Positions 22,329 through 24,806 of a stretch of 24,806 bases of DNA are shown here, piece by piece (positions within the stretch are counted from its first letter, which is position 1; each line of letters starts with the position of its first letter). The position numbers were made by a program, and so were the translations under genes. Source of the DNA: a virus (lineage: Duplodnaviria > Caudoviricetes); the IMG/VR virus record IMGVR_UViG_3300020578_003394, positions 1 to 24,806 of that record; one strand, given 5' to 3'. Below the pieces are notes generated by a model. That model worked only from the letters and a program-made list of their open reading frames with translations, searched no databases and had not been told where the DNA came from.

Positions 22329-23346
22329 GACGAATTAATATATGTGGCGAACTTTCTATTTGGGCAGCGCCACTTTGTTTAATAAACTTAGCTTTTGCGC
22401 GTAATTCCACTAAATCTTTAGCACCGCTATACGATAGACCGCTGCGAATATTGCGTGCAATATCATCAAGAACATTAGGTAGATGACCCTTACAGGCTAC
22501 TTTGGAAGCTACTCCTTCAAAACTAGAGTAACTTCCTTTCCAAGCTATTTGGGCTTCTTTGCTCGCCATACCACGATAAACTTTGTATTGTTTACCATTT
22601 TCTTCAAAAATTTCACCGGGAGTTTCATTAGTACCAGCAAGCATAGAGCCCAGCATAACAAAGTCTGCTCCTGCTGCTAATGCTTTTACAATATCACCAG
22701 AGCTTTTTATACCACCGTCTGCTATTAACTTAGCATTAAAAGTAGTATCCTTACAATCAATTATAGAAGCTAGCGTTGGCATACCATGACCAGTTTGTAT
22801 GCGCGTGCTGCAAATGCTTCCACCGCCAACTCCAACGCGGATGCTATCCGCACCCCAATGCGCTAAATGATCAAACGCTTCTTTAGTAGCTACATTTCCT
22901 GCCATGACATGGATACGCCAACCAAACTTATTTCTTATATCTCTTATGGCATTTTTAACTGATATATGATCGCCGTGCGCTACATCAACACAAATAACAT
23001 TTGCGCCTGCATTTAAACATTTTTCTGTTCGCTCTAAAAAATCACCCGTAGAACCAACCGCTACTCCTACATGTGATGCATAATTATCTTTACAATACTT
23101 AACCCAATCAGCTTGTTCATCAATACTAGAATATCTATGAAGAATGCCCAAACCACCTAAGATGCTTATTTCGCAGGCCATTACATGACCAGTGACTGTA
23201 TCCATAGGACTAGAGATAATTGGAATAGATAGCTTTATTTCTCCATCTAGCCAAGATGAAATATCTGTATCTTTTCTGCTTTCTATATCACTATATTGTG
23301 GGACAAGTAAAACATCATCAAACGCAAGAGTTTCTTGTAGCTTCAT
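22321..23346 (-). CDS. IMPDH/GMP reductase family enzyme lacking CBS domains (GMP reductase favoured)
   Basis: [42 protein letters not shown] (catalytic Cys), [31 protein letters not shown]. Confidence 0.92.
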   Translation of the reverse strand: MKLQETLAFDDVLLVPQYSDIESRKDTDISSWLDGEIKLSIPIISSPMDTVTGHVMACEISILGGLGILHRYSSIDEQADWVKYCKDNYASHVGVAVGSTGDFLERTEKCLNAGANVICVDVAHGDHISVKNAIRDIRNKFGWRIHVMAGNVATKEAFDHLAHWGADSIRVGVGGGSICSTRIQTGHGMPTLASIIDCKDTTFNAKLIADGGIKSSGDIVKALAAGADFVMLGSMLAGTNETPGEIFEENGKQYKVYRGMASKEAQIAWKGSYSSFEGVASKVACKGHLPNVLDDIARNIRSGLSYSGAKDLVELRAKAKFIKQSGAAQIESSPHILIRHG

Positions 23347-23569
23347 TGGTTTTCCGATCTTCCTGACATTTAGGACAATATAGGTCTACACGTTTTTGTT
23401 CGTTATAGACCTCAACATACCATGATAATACCATCATCTTATTTTTCTTGTCAAACGGCTCACTACAGCTTTTACATTTATCAGGAATATTAAGAATCAT
23501 ATTGGCTGTTGTGGCCATCTTATGCTCTAGTTTCTTTTTTTTATTACCTGTTTTACTTCTTGATCCCAT
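23318..23569 (-). CDS. Small zinc-finger hypothetical protein (CxxC...CxxC)
   Basis: CKSC...FDK...LYCPKC; overlaps neighbours in operon fashion. Confidence 0.65.
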   Translation of the reverse strand: MGSRSKTGNKKKKLEHKMATTANMILNIPDKCKSCSEPFDKKNKMMVLSWYVEVYNEQKRVDLYCPKCQEDRKTNEATRNSCV

Positions 23570-23768
23570 ATTTAGACCTAAATTCCTCTCCGCTTATAGT
23601 TGTAGAACGTAAATAAGCCTCTGGATAAACTAAATTAATATCTTGCTCTCTGGAATATACAATATATGATTTATGTTTAGTCTCTTTAGATTCTTGAACA
23701 ATAATATATATATCATTAACAAATCCATCAAATTCAGCTATTAAAACATCTCCAGATTGATATGACAT
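23553..23768 (-). CDS. Hypothetical protein
   Basis: 71 aa; TAATG overlap with the upstream gene. Confidence 0.55.
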   Translation of the reverse strand: MSYQSGDVLIAEFDGFVNDIYIIVQESKETKHKSYIVYSREQDINLVYPEAYLRSTTISGEEFRSKYGIKK

Positions 23769-24547
23769 TATTTCTTCTCTAATTTTATTGTATCTCTTGG
23801 GTTTGGCTGTCTGTCTAGCTCTACCTGTCTAAAGCCTTTATGTATTAATTTTAACGGCCCTTCGCTGTCAGAAATAATAAAATTATCATTTATTTGTTCT
23901 ATATAATTTTTAAAAAATTTGTTTCTTTCTTCACCAGTAAAGTTTTCTATATTATTTAACTTTCTGTAATTCATTGCATAAGGGGCATATTTTTCTTCAA
24001 TAAAATCTAAAAATTCTTTAGATCCCGGCTTAACTCTTTCTTCTGGCATGTATGGATTAGGTGGATAAACTAATGTCTTAAACTTTATTGGTCCATCGCC
24101 AAAATCTAAGAAATTAGAAACTTGGTCTTCAATATTGCGACTAATTATTTTAAAATTTTTAACATTTACATAAACATCATCTTCTAGTTGACCATTCAAA
24201 TATGTTAAATCATCATATCTACCATTTTCAATGGTTATTAAAACATCGTTTTCTGCATCTGGACCGTTTTTCTTAATGTTTGCATATGCTCTGTTGCGTC
24301 CTTCATGATTAACAACCTTATCATTGCGAACTGCTATAAATAGATCGCCCGCACGGGTAGGATAGTAATCCATACCTTCTATTTCAAAACGCTTTGAAAG
24401 ATATTGCCTTGTTTCTTCATCTGTTGTTAACTTTAGATAGTCTAACGCTTTCATTCTTACTGTAACATCTTCAGTAAATGATTCGTTAATCACTCTTTGA
24501 TATTCTTCTTTAATAACTTGTTTTAAATAATTTCTGCTAATTTTCAT
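23768..24547 (-). CDS. Hypothetical protein with MKISR..LKQVIKEE leader and ParB/Srx-like HEGRNR motif
   Basis: Leader MKISRNYLKQVIKEEYQRVINE; LFIAV...VVNHEGRNRAYA resembles the ParB/Srx G-x-H-R motif; GGAG RBS. Confidence 0.6.
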   Translation of the reverse strand: MKISRNYLKQVIKEEYQRVINESFTEDVTVRMKALDYLKLTTDEETRQYLSKRFEIEGMDYYPTRAGDLFIAVRNDKVVNHEGRNRAYANIKKNGPDAENDVLITIENGRYDDLTYLNGQLEDDVYVNVKNFKIISRNIEDQVSNFLDFGDGPIKFKTLVYPPNPYMPEERVKPGSKEFLDFIEEKYAPYAMNYRKLNNIENFTGEERNKFFKNYIEQINDNFIISDSEGPLKLIHKGFRQVELDRQPNPRDTIKLEKK

Positions 24548-24569
24548 ATGTATGTCTCCAAATAATAAT

Positions 24570-24578
24570 ATAAATAGT
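24570..24578 (-). promoter_or_regulatory. ACTATTTAT motif (putative late promoter)
   Basis: Exact copy 1 nt after the dUTPase stop, upstream of 23768..24547. Confidence 0.6.
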
Positions 24579-24579
24579 A

Positions 24580-24806
24580 TTATTTAGTTCCTGTGGAACC
24601 AAAGCCACCTTCTCCTCTAGAATTATTTGGAATATTAAACTGATCTACTAATTGTATTACACTTTCATTTACTCTATTTACAGTAAATTGGGCAACCTTA
24701 TCATGATGATTAATTGTTAATGTATCAAAAGTGCTATTAAAAAGAATGATGCCCCACGGTCCAGTATAATAAGCATCAACTAGTCCTAAAGCCACTAATC
24801 TTCCTT
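24580..24806 (-). CDS. dut: Trimeric dUTPase, C-terminal part (5' end outside the window)
   Basis: GLVDAYYTG (motif III), DKVAQ (motif IV), RGEGGFGSTG (motif V); the frame stays open to the window edge. Confidence 0.9.
   Translation of the reverse strand, partial: GRLVALGLVDAYYTGPWGIILFNSTFDTLTINHHDKVAQFTVNRVNESVIQLVDQFNIPNNSRGEGGFGSTGTK

Noticed and set aside
1119-23383. All plus-strand ORFs in the track (e.g. 4264..4623, 5792..6352, 8999..9664, 17666..18055, 21005..21724)
   Set aside because: Each lies antisense to a well-supported minus-strand gene, mostly with non-ATG starts and no RBS; their compositions are mirror images of low-complexity or repeat coding.
2147-23569. Stop-codon reassignment (as in some large phages)
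   Set aside because: Conserved genes are full length in code 11, and TAG, TGA and TAA all end genes at sensible boundaries with dense packing.
12006-24576. T4-type TATAAATA late promoters firing on the plus strand (12006, 12917, 24569)
   Set aside because: No plus-strand genes follow, and the conserved AGT flank and spacing to minus-strand ATGs fit the opposite orientation.
1-24806. tRNA, rRNA, or a bacterial chromosomal origin for the groEL/clpP/guaB-like genes
   Set aside because: Intergenic gaps are short with no cloverleaf seen. The housekeeping-like genes lack their usual operon partners (groES, clpX, guaA) and are mixed with tail fibres and homing endonucleases.

Overview
An AT-rich (roughly one-third GC by eye), densely coding segment of what is very likely a large or jumbo tailed-phage genome in the standard genetic code. 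Every credible gene is on the minus strand. It carries nucleotide-metabolism genes (5' end of a purA-like adenylosuccinate synthetase missed by the ORF track, an IMPDH/GMP-reductase-family enzyme, partial dUTPase) and a phage-encoded proteostasis set (GroEL, Hsp20, ClpP-like protease, ATE1/Bpt-like aminoacyl-tRNA-protein transferase). There is also a tail-fibre cluster (one fibre with a 42-bp tandem repeat and an S74 chaperone), two free-standing homing endonucleases (GIY-YIG, HNH), a stand-alone sigma70 region-4 protein next to an RHH-like protein, and many hypothetical proteins. The most striking pattern is that about 10 unrelated proteins share short terminal peptides (MKI[ST]K..L..[IL]IKE..E, MIKIK[IL]K, W..FL.E). 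These look like capsid-targeting or prohead-protease leaders fused to varied cargo domains (HAD phosphatase, ParB/Srx-like, HExxH, PD-(D/E)xK nuclease-like, small basic Cys/Trp domains). Several of these genes are preceded by a conserved ACTA[TAC]TTAT motif, a putative late promoter that in two cases implies leaderless mRNA. All family calls come from motifs recognised by eye; no database searches were run.
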